From positions 1-61,446 of the forward strand of contig CANIRU010000003.1 in NCBI GenBank assembly GCA_947470025.1: a stretch of DNA of 61,446 bases, read 5' to 3'. Below are positions 1 through 9,383 of the stretch, one piece after another (position 1 is the first letter of the stretch; each line of letters begins with the position of its first letter). The notes under the pieces were generated by a model, which did no database searches, had not been told where the DNA came from, and saw nothing but the letters and a program-made list of their open reading frames with translations. The stretch is from Chloroflexota bacterium. Lineage in GTDB: Bacteria; Chloroflexota; Dehalococcoidia; UBA2979. The position numbers and the translations under genes are program-made.

Positions 1-61
1 AGAACGGCCCGCCGCCCCCGTCGGGGACGGCGGGCCGTCGATGTACCGGCCTCGAAGTGGC

Positions 62-1795
62 CTAGCGGGTGAGCGTCGCGACCGTGTTCGCGCTCAAGCC
101 GGCCGGGAAGTTCGCCTTGAACTGATCCTTCAGGAACGCCGGGCCGCCGACGACGAGCAGCCGGTACGCGCCGCTGCCGTCCTGCACCCATGCCCCGGTC
201 GCCTTCGCCGCGGACGAAGCGCCCTCGAGCTGGTCGACCGTGCCGCCGCTGAAGATCACCAGCGCCTGCCCCGACGGGCTGAACACCGGCGCAGCGACAA
301 AGGCACCTGAGCCGCCCGTTGGCGGCGTCGTGACCGGCGGGGCGGTCACCGGCGGCGTGGTCACCGGCGGCGTCGGGGTGCCGGTAAACGTGAACCCGCC
401 CGCCAGCCGAGCGGTGAACCCTCCCACCTGCGTCACGGCGACCGTCGAGGCCCCGGAGAGCCCTGCGGGCGTCGTGGCCACGATCTGGTTCGAACCAACG
501 ACGGTCGTGCTGGTCGCCGGGACGCCGTCGAACGTAACCCATGAGCCGGCGTTGAACCCGGAGCCGCCGATCGTGACGATCGTGCCGCCGGACGCAGGGC
601 CGGTGGTCGGCGAGACGGTGTAAACGCCCATCCCGCCGCCACCCTCGTAGGTGAAGGCGTTCGGCAGCGTCGAGGTGCCCCCGTCGTTGTTGACGATGGT
701 CACAGACACCGATCCCAGCACGTTCGAGGGCGTCCGCACGAAGATCGAGGACGACCCGTTCCAGTTCACCACGGTGCCCGGCACTCCGCCGAGGTACACG
801 GCGGCTCCTCCGGAGAACCCGGTGCCGATGAGGTTGATCTGCGTCCCGCCCTGGCTCGGCCCACTCGCTGGCGAAACGCTGGAGATGACCGGCAACGTGG
901 AGCCCGCGGACGGACCGTAGTTGAACGCCGGGTCGCGCATGCCCGATTCGCCCGATGGATTGGTGACGGTGACCCGCACCGCGCCGAGGCTGCCCGGCGG
1001 CGTGACGGCCACGATCTGCGTCGAGTTCACATAGATCACCGACGACGCCGAGACGTCACCGAGCTTGACGGTTGCGCCCCTGATGAACCCGTTGCCACTG
1101 ATGCTGACCGTGGTGCCGCCCGCGATCGCGCCACCACCTGGAGTGACGTTCGAGACGCTGATCCCGCCCTGGTACGTGAAGCCGGCGGCCTTCGAGAGCT
1201 TCGTGCCATCGGGGTTCACGACGGTCACCGCGACCGGCCCGCTCACGTTCGCGGGCGTCTTCGCGAAGAGCGAGGAGGAGCCCAGCGGGTTCACGGTCGC
1301 CGCCGGCACATCGCCGAAATAGACACGGACCGCTGGCGAGAAGCCGGTGCCGATGATCGTGACGTTGGAGCCACCGGAGTTCGGCCCGGATGGCGGATCG
1401 ACGATGGTGATAGCAAGCGGGTTCTCAAATGCGGTGTAGAAGAAGCCGCTGTTCAGCGAGGTGGCGCCGCCGTCCGGGTTCTTCACGAGCACGTTCGCCC
1501 CGCCACCCGACGTGGTCGTCGCGGCGGGCGTCGTCAAGGTGATCTGAGTGTCGCTCACGCGGACGACGGCGGTCGCCGGCAGGCTGCCGATGAATACCTC
1601 CACGCCCTGCATGAAGTCCGTCCCAGTGATGGTGACGAAGGTGCCTCCGAGCGCCGATCCCTGCGCGGGCGTGATCGCCGCGATGTTGGGGTTGGTGGCT
1701 GCGCGCGCCCGCGTGGGGACTCCAAGGGACAGCGCAACTGCCAGCGCCATGAGGGCCACGACGAATCCGACCTGATACCGCCGTAGTGCGCCCAT
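62..1795 (-). CDS. Secreted surface protein with five tandem IPT/TIG domains, a P/T-rich linker and a C-terminal ~83-aa unnamed domain
   Basis: ATG at 1795 follows GGAGGT. Signal peptide ends ARA-ATN. Five repeats of type I/V-x-x-V-x-P-x-x-G-x-x-x-GG-x-x-V-T-I-x-G-x-x-F ending F-x-Y/F. Confidence 0.85.
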   Translation of the reverse strand: MGALRRYQVGFVVALMALAVALSLGVPTRARAATNPNIAAITPAQGSALGGTFVTITGTDFMQGVEVFIGSLPATAVVRVSDTQITLTTPAATTTSGGGANVLVKNPDGGATSLNSGFFYTAFENPLAITIVDPPSGPNSGGSNVTIIGTGFSPAVRVYFGDVPAATVNPLGSSSLFAKTPANVSGPVAVTVVNPDGTKLSKAAGFTYQGGISVSNVTPGGGAIAGGTTVSISGNGFIRGATVKLGDVSASSVIYVNSTQIVAVTPPGSLGAVRVTVTNPSGESGMRDPAFNYGPSAGSTLPVISSVSPASGPSQGGTQINLIGTGFSGGAAVYLGGVPGTVVNWNGSSSIFVRTPSNVLGSVSVTIVNNDGGTSTLPNAFTYEGGGGMGVYTVSPTTGPASGGTIVTIGGSGFNAGSWVTFDGVPATSTTVVGSNQIVATTPAGLSGASTVAVTQVGGFTARLAGGFTFTGTPTPPVTTPPVTAPPVTTPPTGGSGAFVAAPVFSPSGQALVIFSGGTVDQLEGASSAAKATGAWVQDGSGAYRLLVVGGPAFLKDQFKANFPAGLSANTVATLTR

Positions 1796-1895
1796 GGGAC
1801 CTCCATGCATCTGGAACAGGGGTGTGCGTCGCCGCGAATAGTAACGCGAGACGCCTCGCACGGTCACCGAGGCAAGCGAGCCCATAGGACGCAGC

Positions 1896-1921
1896 GCGGG
1901 GGCCGATTGCTCGGCCCCCGC
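1896..1921 (-). terminator. GC-rich hairpin, 11-bp stem, GCAA loop on the minus strand
   Basis: gcgggggccga-ttgc-tcggcccccgc between the CoA-transferase pair and the IPT gene; no clear U-tract. Confidence 0.45.
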
Positions 1922-1993
1922 TGACATGACTCGAAGCCCGCAGGTCCGCACGCGCGAGCCGGGATGCCCGGCTCGCGTGCGAACAGACACGTC

Positions 1994-3301
1994 CTAGATG
2001 ACGCCGCCCTCGCGCAGGCGATTCATCTCCTGTGAGTCGATGCCGAGGATCTCGCCGAACACGTACTCCTCGTGCTCCTTGAGGATCGGAGCGCGGCCGT
2101 GGTTGTCGGCGGGGGTGCGGGAGAGGCGCGGTGGGTACCGCTCCATCTCGAACTCACCGACCTCCGGGTGCGCGATCACCGGGTACATCTCGCGTGCGCG
2201 GAGCTGGGCGTCGTACTCCACGCGGTCCTCGGCGTTCTGGATCGGCACCGAGATCACCCCGGCGTCCTGGAGCAGCGTCATGATCTCGTAGCGACGTCGA
2301 GGCGCCGTCCACGTGGAGATGATGTCGTCGAGCACGTCCTGGTTCGCGCGCCGGTCGGCCATGGTGACGAAGCGCGGGTCCGTGAGGAGCTCCGGCTTGC
2401 CCATGACCTGGCACAGCGATTCCCACTGTTGCTGCGTCTCGCAGGCGATGAAGACGAACCAGTCCTGCCCCTGCCGGTCGATGCCCGCGCAGCGATAGGT
2501 GTTGTGCGGCGCGACCTCCGGCCAGATCGAGCGGTTGCCCGGGGGGAAGTCCGGGCGGCGCGTCGCACGGCCGTTGACCTGGTAGTCGAGGAAGAACGGG
2601 CCGAGCATCGCCATGGCGGCCTCGGTGACCGCGTAGTCGACGTAGACGCCCTCGCCAGTCCGCTTCATGCGGAGCAGGCCCATCATCATGCCGAGACCAC
2701 CACACCAGCCGCCGGTGACGTCCATGTAGGAGTAGCCCCAGCCGGCGGGGTTCTTGCCCGGCAGGCCCGAGGAGAACGTCAGGCCAGAGGACGCCTGCGC
2801 GGACGGCCCGTACGAGCGGTACGAACCCCACTCGCCCTTGTGCCCGTAGCCGGAGAGGCTCAGGTACACGAGCTTCGGGTTGATCTCCTTGAGACGATCC
2901 CAGCCGAGGCCCCACGAGTCGAGCACGCCGCCGCTGAAGTTCTCGCTCAGCCCGTCGCTGGTCGCGATGAGCTTCTCGAGGAGCTGCATGCCCTCGGGGT
3001 GCCGCGTGTTGAGATTGATCGCCAGCTTGCCGGCGTGCAGGTGGCTGAAGTTCGGCGTCGTGTAGTACGCCGGGGAGTCCGGCGCATCTCGGAAGGCGAT
3101 CTGGTTCTTCGCGGCATCGCCGTGCACCGGGCGGAACTCGAACCGGTGATCGTCCGGGCGGTGCGGCGGCTCGATGTGGATCACCTCGGCGCCGTAGGGG
3201 GTCAACATGCGCGTGGCCCAAGGCCCGACCGTCTTCCACGAGAAGTCGACGATGCGGACGCCGGTCAGGAAGCCCTGCGGCAGTTGCGGCTTGGAAGTCA
3301 T
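1994..3301 (-). CDS. Class III CoA-transferase (CaiB/BaiF family), catalytic-Asp-bearing subunit
   Basis: Motifs LTGVRIVDFS, GAEVIHIE, NPKLVYLSLSGYG and YMDVTGG. Its ATG overlaps the upstream TGA (ATGA). Confidence 0.9.
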   Translation of the reverse strand: MTSKPQLPQGFLTGVRIVDFSWKTVGPWATRMLTPYGAEVIHIEPPHRPDDHRFEFRPVHGDAAKNQIAFRDAPDSPAYYTTPNFSHLHAGKLAINLNTRHPEGMQLLEKLIATSDGLSENFSGGVLDSWGLGWDRLKEINPKLVYLSLSGYGHKGEWGSYRSYGPSAQASSGLTFSSGLPGKNPAGWGYSYMDVTGGWCGGLGMMMGLLRMKRTGEGVYVDYAVTEAAMAMLGPFFLDYQVNGRATRRPDFPPGNRSIWPEVAPHNTYRCAGIDRQGQDWFVFIACETQQQWESLCQVMGKPELLTDPRFVTMADRRANQDVLDDIISTWTAPRRRYEIMTLLQDAGVISVPIQNAEDRVEYDAQLRAREMYPVIAHPEVGEFEMERYPPRLSRTPADNHGRAPILKEHEEYVFGEILGIDSQEMNRLREGGVI

Positions 3302-4536
3302 CGGATCACTCCCGTCTTTGTCATGGCCTCGATCGTGCGATCGTCGATGTCGAGGTCGTTCTTGAGGATCGACGAGGTGTGCTCGCCGAGGTGCGGCGCG
3401 CGGCTCTTCGGTCGCGTGCCCAACAGGTCGTTGGTGTGCAGCGCGCGCGGGTAGAGGATCGTCTTGCCGATCTCCTCGTGCTCGATCGGCTGCCAGTAGT
3501 CGCGCTGCTTGTAGTGATCGAGGTCCATGTTCTCCTCGGCGGCCCGGATCACGGCCCATGCCATGCCCAGTGCCTGCCCGCGGTGGAACGCTTCCTCCGA
3601 GGTGACCTTCGACAGCAGCCGGATGATGCCCTCGTGGATCTCGTCGCCGTTGCGCAGACGGTCGGCGCGGTAGAAGTCATCGCGCCACTTCGGGTCGGAG
3701 AGCTCCTCGGCGACGCCGACCTCTTCCATCCACTTCACCATCTGCACCCAAGCGTTCAGTGGCATCTGCGGCATCGTGACCTGCACGAGCTTGCCGTCCG
3801 AGCACATGATCTGCGTCGTCGGTCGGTACTTCACCGCGGCGTGCTGACCGGTCTGGCGCAGCGCGGCCTGGTTGTACCAGAGCCAGTACGGCACGGCCGC
3901 CTCGGTGCTGATGCCGACGACATCGTGAATCGCGATGTCGATGTACTGGCCGCGGTCGCTCGACAGCCGCTCGAAGAGCGCGCCGGTGATCGTGTGCGTC
4001 GCCATGACGGAGGACATGTTGTAGGCGTGGTTGCGCTGCCCGCCGATCGGCGTCTCGTGCGGGTCGGAGTAGCCGCTGCTGCCCATCGGCCCGCCGAGCG
4101 CGAGGTGCGCGTGGTCGTTCATCTCGAAGTCGACCCACGGGCCGTCCTGGCCCATGTCCGTAAACGAGAGGTAGATCAGCTCAGGGTGCTCGACCGACAC
4201 GGTGTCGTAGTCGAGCCCGTAATCCTTCAGCGTGCCGGGACGCGTGCTCTCGATGAACACGTCCGCCTTCGCGATCAGCGAGCGCACGAGGTCCTGCCCC
4301 GGCCCGCGCGTGATGTCGACCGCGATGCTCTCCTTGCCGGTGTTGTACCACCAGTAGTCGAGGCACTTGTTCGGGTCTTGCTTGTCATCGACGAACGGCC
4401 CGATCCAGCGGCCGGGGCTGCCCTCGACCGGCTCGATCTGGATCACGCGCGCGCCCGACTCCGCCATGATCTTGCCGATGAACTGGTTTCGCCGATCGGC
4501 GAGCTCAACGACGGTGAACCCATCGAACACCTGCAC
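3298..4536 (-). CDS. Class III CoA-transferase (CaiB/BaiF family), subunit apparently lacking the catalytic Asp
   Basis: GARVIQIEP, YNTGKESIAVD, ADVFIES and APHLGEHT motifs. RNHAYNMSS occupies the Asp position. Confidence 0.88.
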   Translation of the reverse strand: MQVFDGFTVVELADRRNQFIGKIMAESGARVIQIEPVEGSPGRWIGPFVDDKQDPNKCLDYWWYNTGKESIAVDITRGPGQDLVRSLIAKADVFIESTRPGTLKDYGLDYDTVSVEHPELIYLSFTDMGQDGPWVDFEMNDHAHLALGGPMGSSGYSDPHETPIGGQRNHAYNMSSVMATHTITGALFERLSSDRGQYIDIAIHDVVGISTEAAVPYWLWYNQAALRQTGQHAAVKYRPTTQIMCSDGKLVQVTMPQMPLNAWVQMVKWMEEVGVAEELSDPKWRDDFYRADRLRNGDEIHEGIIRLLSKVTSEEAFHRGQALGMAWAVIRAAEENMDLDHYKQRDYWQPIEHEEIGKTILYPRALHTNDLLGTRPKSRAPHLGEHTSSILKNDLDIDDRTIEAMTKTGVIR

Positions 4537-4635
4537 GGATGTCCCCTCCCGAACGCCGGATGACGGCGTCCCCGCTGCCTGGCGGCGCTCCTCGACGACG
4601 TCGAGGAGCGCGCGGTGAGTATCCTACGCGAGCCG

Positions 4636-5418
4636 CTACCCGAGCATCTTCGCGCCGCCGTCAATGTGCAGCGCTGATCCCGTGATCGCCCCCGAGCGGT
4701 CCGAGCAGAGGAACGCGACGGCGAACGCCAACTCGTCCGGCCTCGGCTGGCGCTTGATCGGGTGCATCTCGCGTGCCCGGGCGGCGCTGAACTCCGGCGT
4801 CACACCGGGGTGCGTCTCGTAGTCGCGGATCGTGTCCATGAAGCCAGGGTTGATGTCATTCACGGTGATGCCGTACTCGCCCAGGCCGGAGGCCAGCGAC
4901 TTGGTCAGCGTCCGGAGCGCGCCCTTCGCTGTGGAGTGGGGCACGCGCGTCCAGCCACCGCTGTACCCATCCGGGCCGTTCATGTGAATGATGCGGCCCC
5001 AGCCGGCCTCCATCATCCCCGGCACGAACGCCTTCGCGAGGTACCACGAGGCGGTGAGTTGCTGGTTCAGGAAGAAGTGCCAGTCGTCGTTCGTCGTCTC
5101 GAAGAACGTCTTGGAGAGGCGGCGGGCGGCATTGCTGACGTAGATGTCGACGCGCCCGAAGGTCTCCTCGGAGCGCTTCCTCATCTCCTCAACGGTCTCG
5201 AGCTCGCCGGCGGTGCCCATGACGACGAGCGTCTTGGCGCCGAGTGCCTGCGCTTCCTGCTCGACGGAGCGCGCCTCTTCCTCGTTCGATCGGCTGTTGA
5301 TGACGACGTTTGCACCGCGAGCCGCGAACTCAAGGATGATCGCGCGGCCGATGTTCCGGCCTGACCCGGTCACCAGGATCGTCTTCCCGGTGAAGTCCAG
5401 GTCCTTGTCGATGGCCAT
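4636..5418 (-). CDS. Short-chain dehydrogenase/reductase (SDR)
   Basis: TGSGRNIG, NA motif, HSTAK in place of YxxxK, GITVNDINPG, TGSALHIDGG. Start refined to ATG 5418 after GAGGGGG. Confidence 0.88.
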   Translation of the reverse strand: MAIDKDLDFTGKTILVTGSGRNIGRAIILEFAARGANVVINSRSNEEEARSVEQEAQALGAKTLVVMGTAGELETVEEMRKRSEETFGRVDIYVSNAARRLSKTFFETTNDDWHFFLNQQLTASWYLAKAFVPGMMEAGWGRIIHMNGPDGYSGGWTRVPHSTAKGALRTLTKSLASGLGEYGITVNDINPGFMDTIRDYETHPGVTPEFSAARAREMHPIKRQPRPDELAFAVAFLCSDRSGAITGSALHIDGGAKMLG

Positions 5419-5796
5419 CGTTCCCCCTCTGGTACTTGCTGACGCGCAGCGGCCTCGACGGGTCAACGTGACGCAGGACGGCTCCTGCTTGAGAAGCCAT
5501 CACGTGCGAGGCGATCACGCCGATCGCGAAGCCGCATCGGCGTTGTATTCGCCCGCGCGCGGGCACGTCTACTGACAACGAAGTCATGCAACACTGTGCT
5601 GGGTCGGCCCCGCGTCGGGCCGCCTCAAATCTGCGATCCGGTCGACCACATCAGTTTCGTGATTGAACGCCACATCCGTGATTGCCATCTTGGTCATGCT
5701 TGTAGTGTCGTGAACGGGAAAACCCCATCGCGCCGCCGGGCAATCGCCCGGACGGGGCGAGGGCGCGATGCAGCAGTTGGAAGGCAGGATCCGACG

Positions 5797-6249
5797 ATGA
5801 CTCACGAGGGGCGCTTCACGGTCGTGGGCGATCGAGACGGCCGAGTCACTCCTATCCATGGGGCGACGACCGAAGCGACTCAGGCAACCGTTGTGTCCGA
5901 GGACGACGCCGCGGCCGATCTCCGCGACCACGCCTCCGCGAAGCACATGGTGATGCTCACCAACCATGGGGCCGCGCTGCTCTACCTCCACGCCCATCCC
6001 GACGCCCGCGTCCGCGACGTGGCGGATGCCCTGCGCATCACGGAGCGCGCCACCGCACGCATCCTGGCCGACCTCAAGACCTCCGGGCACCTGCGGGTGA
6101 CCCACGCGAACCGCCGCAACCGCTACGAGGTCACCGGGCTGCTCCCGCTGCACGCCAGCGACGGCGCCGCGCGCACCATGACCGATCTGGCGCTCCGGCT
6201 CTCCAGCCTCACCATGTCCGCCTCCGCCGGGGGCATCTCCGTCTTCTAG
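5797..6249 (+). CDS. Winged helix-turn-helix (MarR-like) transcriptional regulator
   Basis: LTNHGAALLYLHAHPDARVRDVADALRITERATARILADL...RRNRY resembles small wHTH regulators; ATG follows AAGGCAGGA. Confidence 0.7.
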   Translation: MTHEGRFTVVGDRDGRVTPIHGATTEATQATVVSEDDAAADLRDHASAKHMVMLTNHGAALLYLHAHPDARVRDVADALRITERATARILADLKTSGHLRVTHANRRNRYEVTGLLPLHASDGAARTMTDLALRLSSLTMSASAGGISVF

Positions 6250-6352
6250 CCCCCGCGAACCCTCGCCCGCGCTGCACGACGTCGTCGGCTGCTCGCTACT
6301 ATCGAGCGGCCCGAGCGCGTGTGCGCTCGCCCCCGTGCAGGAAGGCTGAACG

Positions 6353-7429
6353 ATGCTCGACCGCTTCAAGGTGCCGGAGGAAGACCGCGTCTACGTCCGC
6401 GAGTCCGAGGTGCGCGCCGCGACCGAGGCGATCTTCCTCGCGATCGGCCTCGTCGAGGCGGACGCGAAGCGCGCCGCGGACGTGCTGATCCAGAACGACC
6501 TCCGCGGCGTGGAGACGCACGGCGTCTCCAACATGCTTCGCTCGTACGTCGCGAGTTACCAATCGGGCGATCTGGAGCCGAAGCCGAAGATCGTCACAGA
6601 GCGCGAGACTTCCACGACCGCCGTCCTCGACGGTGGCAAGGGCCTCGGCCTGCACGTCGCGCCGACCGCGATGGAAATGGCGATCGAGAAGGCGCGCGTG
6701 CATGGCATGGGCGCGGTCAACGTGCACAACGTCGGGCACATGGGGGGCGCCGGCTACCACGCGATGATGGCGATCGAGCACGACATGATCGGCGTCGCGA
6801 TGTCCACGAGCGGGCGCGCGATCGTGCTGCCGACGTGGGGCGCAGAGCCTCGATTGGGCACGAACCCGATCGCGTGGGCGGTACCCGCGGGGGAGATGCC
6901 GTCGTTCGTCTTCGACATCGGCACGTCGCAGATCGCGGCGAACAAGATGCGCCTCGCCAAGCGCGTGGGTGCGAGGATCGCGCCGGGCTGGATCGCGCGC
7001 CCGGACGGCACGCCCGTGATGGAGGAGATCGACTTCCCGGACGAGTACTATCTGCTGCCGTTCGGCGGCACGCGCGAGCTGGGCTCGCACAAGGGCTACG
7101 GCCTCGGCGCGACGGTGAACATCCTGAGCAGCATCCTCACCGGCATCGGGCCGAGTCTCGCGCCCTCCAGCCCCGGGTTCCATCTGATGGCCTACCGCAT
7201 CGACGCGTTCATCGATGTCGCGAAGTTCAAGGCCGACATGGACGAGTTCCTCCGCGGCCTCGTCGCCACGCGCCCCGCGCCCGGCGAGGCGCGCGTCGTC
7301 TACGCCGGCCTGCTCGAGGAAGAAGAGCACGCGCGGCGCCTCGAGACTGGCATCCCGTACCACACCGAGGTGATCGAGTGGTTCGGCACGATCGGCAAGG
7401 AGCTCGGACTGACGTTCTCGTTCGTCTAG
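6353..7429 (+). CDS. Ldh_2-family (malate/L-lactate dehydrogenase-like) NAD(P)-dependent oxidoreductase
   Basis: DLRGVETHG, NVHNVGHMG, GTNPIAWAVP and LPFGG...HKGYGL motifs. Confidence 0.9.
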   Translation: MLDRFKVPEEDRVYVRESEVRAATEAIFLAIGLVEADAKRAADVLIQNDLRGVETHGVSNMLRSYVASYQSGDLEPKPKIVTERETSTTAVLDGGKGLGLHVAPTAMEMAIEKARVHGMGAVNVHNVGHMGGAGYHAMMAIEHDMIGVAMSTSGRAIVLPTWGAEPRLGTNPIAWAVPAGEMPSFVFDIGTSQIAANKMRLAKRVGARIAPGWIARPDGTPVMEEIDFPDEYYLLPFGGTRELGSHKGYGLGATVNILSSILTGIGPSLAPSSPGFHLMAYRIDAFIDVAKFKADMDEFLRGLVATRPAPGEARVVYAGLLEEEEHARRLETGIPYHTEVIEWFGTIGKELGLTFSFV

Positions 7430-7452
7430 CGGCGCGAACCGTCCTGACACGC

Positions 7453-7484
7453 AAACGGCCGGGGGCTCACGCCCCCGGCCGTTG
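7453..7484. terminator. Bidirectional intrinsic terminator
   Basis: aacggccggggg-ctcacg-cccccggccgtt between convergent genes. Confidence 0.75.
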
Positions 7485-7506
7485 TGTTGCGCGTGGGCGC
7501 GGTGCG

Positions 7507-8184
7507 CTAGGAGCGCGTCGCGCGGCGACCGAGGACGGTGACCGCACCGGCCGCGGCCACGAGGCCAACCACCACCATGATCGACGTCGAGGCGGTCGAG
7601 GACAGGCCGGCGCTGCCGGTCTTGCTCGGCGCCGGGGCCGCGGCGGTCGCTGCGGGGGTCGCCGCCGCCGGGGTGGCGGTCGTCGTGGCGCTCAACACCT
7701 GGCCGCGGATCTCGCCGCCGGGGTTCGCCGTCGTGTGCACGTTGGCGTAGATGTTGCCGCTCTTGAACGCCGCGATGAAGCCGGGGACATTGCCGGCCAG
7801 CGGGCCCTTGAGCACATCGGACAGCTTCGCCGTGCCCGAGGCGCCGACCGTGCCCTGCGGAGACGCCGGGATGAACAGGTCTACGACCACGCCGCCGTTC
7901 GCGCCCGGAGCGCCCTGGTGGAGGTGAGACATGGTCATGCCGGTGATCGTCGGGACGGTGAGCGTCCACGTGAGCGTGCCGGCGGCCTCGTCCAACGTGC
8001 CGACGAACGTGCCCGTGGCGGTCGAGGCGTTCGCCGGGACCTCGGTGCTGCCGGCGAGCGTGGCGCCCCAGATCGTCGGGGCGGCCTGAGCGGCGGCGAG
8101 CGACGGGACCAGCGCGATCGTGATCGCGGCGGCGATGCCGAGCGCGATGACCTTCGGTGTGATGCGTGACCTGAAGATGAGCAC
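7507..8184 (-). CDS. Secreted CHRD-domain protein with a C-terminal sortase-like sorting signal
   Basis: Signal peptide; CHRD motifs LAGSTEVP, SHLHQGAPGANG and YANVHTTANPGGEIRGQV; then PAPSKTG, a hydrophobic helix and the RRATRS tail. GTG 8184 follows AGGGAA. Confidence 0.85.
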   Translation of the reverse strand: MLIFRSRITPKVIALGIAAAITIALVPSLAAAQAAPTIWGATLAGSTEVPANASTATGTFVGTLDEAAGTLTWTLTVPTITGMTMSHLHQGAPGANGGVVVDLFIPASPQGTVGASGTAKLSDVLKGPLAGNVPGFIAAFKSGNIYANVHTTANPGGEIRGQVLSATTTATPAAATPAATAAAPAPSKTGSAGLSSTASTSIMVVVGLVAAAGAVTVLGRRATRS

Positions 8185-8369
8185 TTCCCTGTTCCAGTTG
8201 CCCCTCGTAGGTAGGGGCGCATCGTACCACTCGCTCGTTCGTCCCAGACAAGCGACCACGGCTGCCATCCACAACCGGAACGAGTACGCTGCGCCTGCTC
8301 CGGGCAGCCTCGATGGTGGCGGGCGACCGCTCTCAGACAGCCCGGCCAATCGAAGCATCGAGCGAGGGG

Positions 8370-9383
8370 ATGTCTGTGAAGATTCTGATCATGGGTGGCA
8401 CGCGGTTCGTGGGACTGGCGTGCGTCGAGGAGCTGGCCAAGTTCGGCCACGACGTCACCATCTTCAACCGCGGTGTGACCGAGGCGCCCGTCGCGCTGCC
8501 TCGCAACATCCGGCGGCTGTACGGCGACCGCAACGACCACGCCGCGCTCCGCGCGACGCTCAAGGACGAGAAGTTCGACGCGGTCGTGGACTGCTCTGCT
8601 TACCTGATGGCGGACGTCGAGCTGATGGTGGAGATCTTCAAGGGCCGCATCGGCCACTACATCTTCATGTCGTCGCCGGCCGCGTTCGCGCCCTCGACCT
8701 CCTTCCCGATCCCCGAGGACCACCCCGGCACCACGATCGAGACGCCGCGCAACAAGAACTACGGCATCCTGAAGGCGGCCTGCGAGCAGTACCTCGTCGA
8801 CCAGTTCTACGAGCACGGCTTCCCGGCCAGCGTCGGCAAGCTGCCGATGGTGTTCGGTCCGAGGAACACGGGCCGCCACCGCGAGGCGCTGATGATGCAC
8901 CGCCTGCTCCTCGGGCGACCCGCGCTGATCCCTGGCGACGGATCCACGTTCAGCCACCCGAATTACATCCCAGACATGGCGATCGGCGTCCGCAAGATGC
9001 TGCTGAACCCGGCGACCTTCGGGCAGAAGTACACCTGGGCGATGGAGGAGTACTACTCCGACGACTCCTTCGCGGACGTCATCGGCGCGGTGGTCGGCGT
9101 GAAGCCGGACAAGATCTACATGCCCGCGGACGTCACGACCGAGGTTTACCAGACGTTCCCGTACCCGATCATGCACCGCTCGCAGGTGGCCGCCTCACCC
9201 TGGTACAAGAGCAACGTCTTCAGCACGACGAAGTTCTTCGACCACACGGGCTTCCGCCAGGAGCACACCTTCGAGGCGGCGTGCGCGGACACCTACGAGT
9301 GGTTCCGCCGCGCGAACATCCACGAGAACTACAACTGGGACTTCAGCCACGAGGACGCGATCATCAAGCGCCTCCGCGGCTAA
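8370..9383 (+). CDS. NAD-dependent epimerase/dehydratase family protein
   Basis: ILIMGGTRFVG Rossmann motif and YGILK (YxxxK); ATG follows GAGGGG. Confidence 0.88.
   Translation: MSVKILIMGGTRFVGLACVEELAKFGHDVTIFNRGVTEAPVALPRNIRRLYGDRNDHAALRATLKDEKFDAVVDCSAYLMADVELMVEIFKGRIGHYIFMSSPAAFAPSTSFPIPEDHPGTTIETPRNKNYGILKAACEQYLVDQFYEHGFPASVGKLPMVFGPRNTGRHREALMMHRLLLGRPALIPGDGSTFSHPNYIPDMAIGVRKMLLNPATFGQKYTWAMEEYYSDDSFADVIGAVVGVKPDKIYMPADVTTEVYQTFPYPIMHRSQVAASPWYKSNVFSTTKFFDHTGFRQEHTFEAACADTYEWFRRANIHENYNWDFSHEDAIIKRLRG

Noticed and set aside
4585-4611. Intergenic hairpins at 4585-4611 and 19565-19596
   Set aside because: Ordinary GC-rich intercistronic stem-loops with no shared sequence or further signal.
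5658-5684. cgtgattg direct repeat or CRP/FNR-like site between the SDR and wHTH genes
   Set aside because: Only two 8-mers 19 nt apart, and it does not fit the TGTGA-N6-TCACA geometry.
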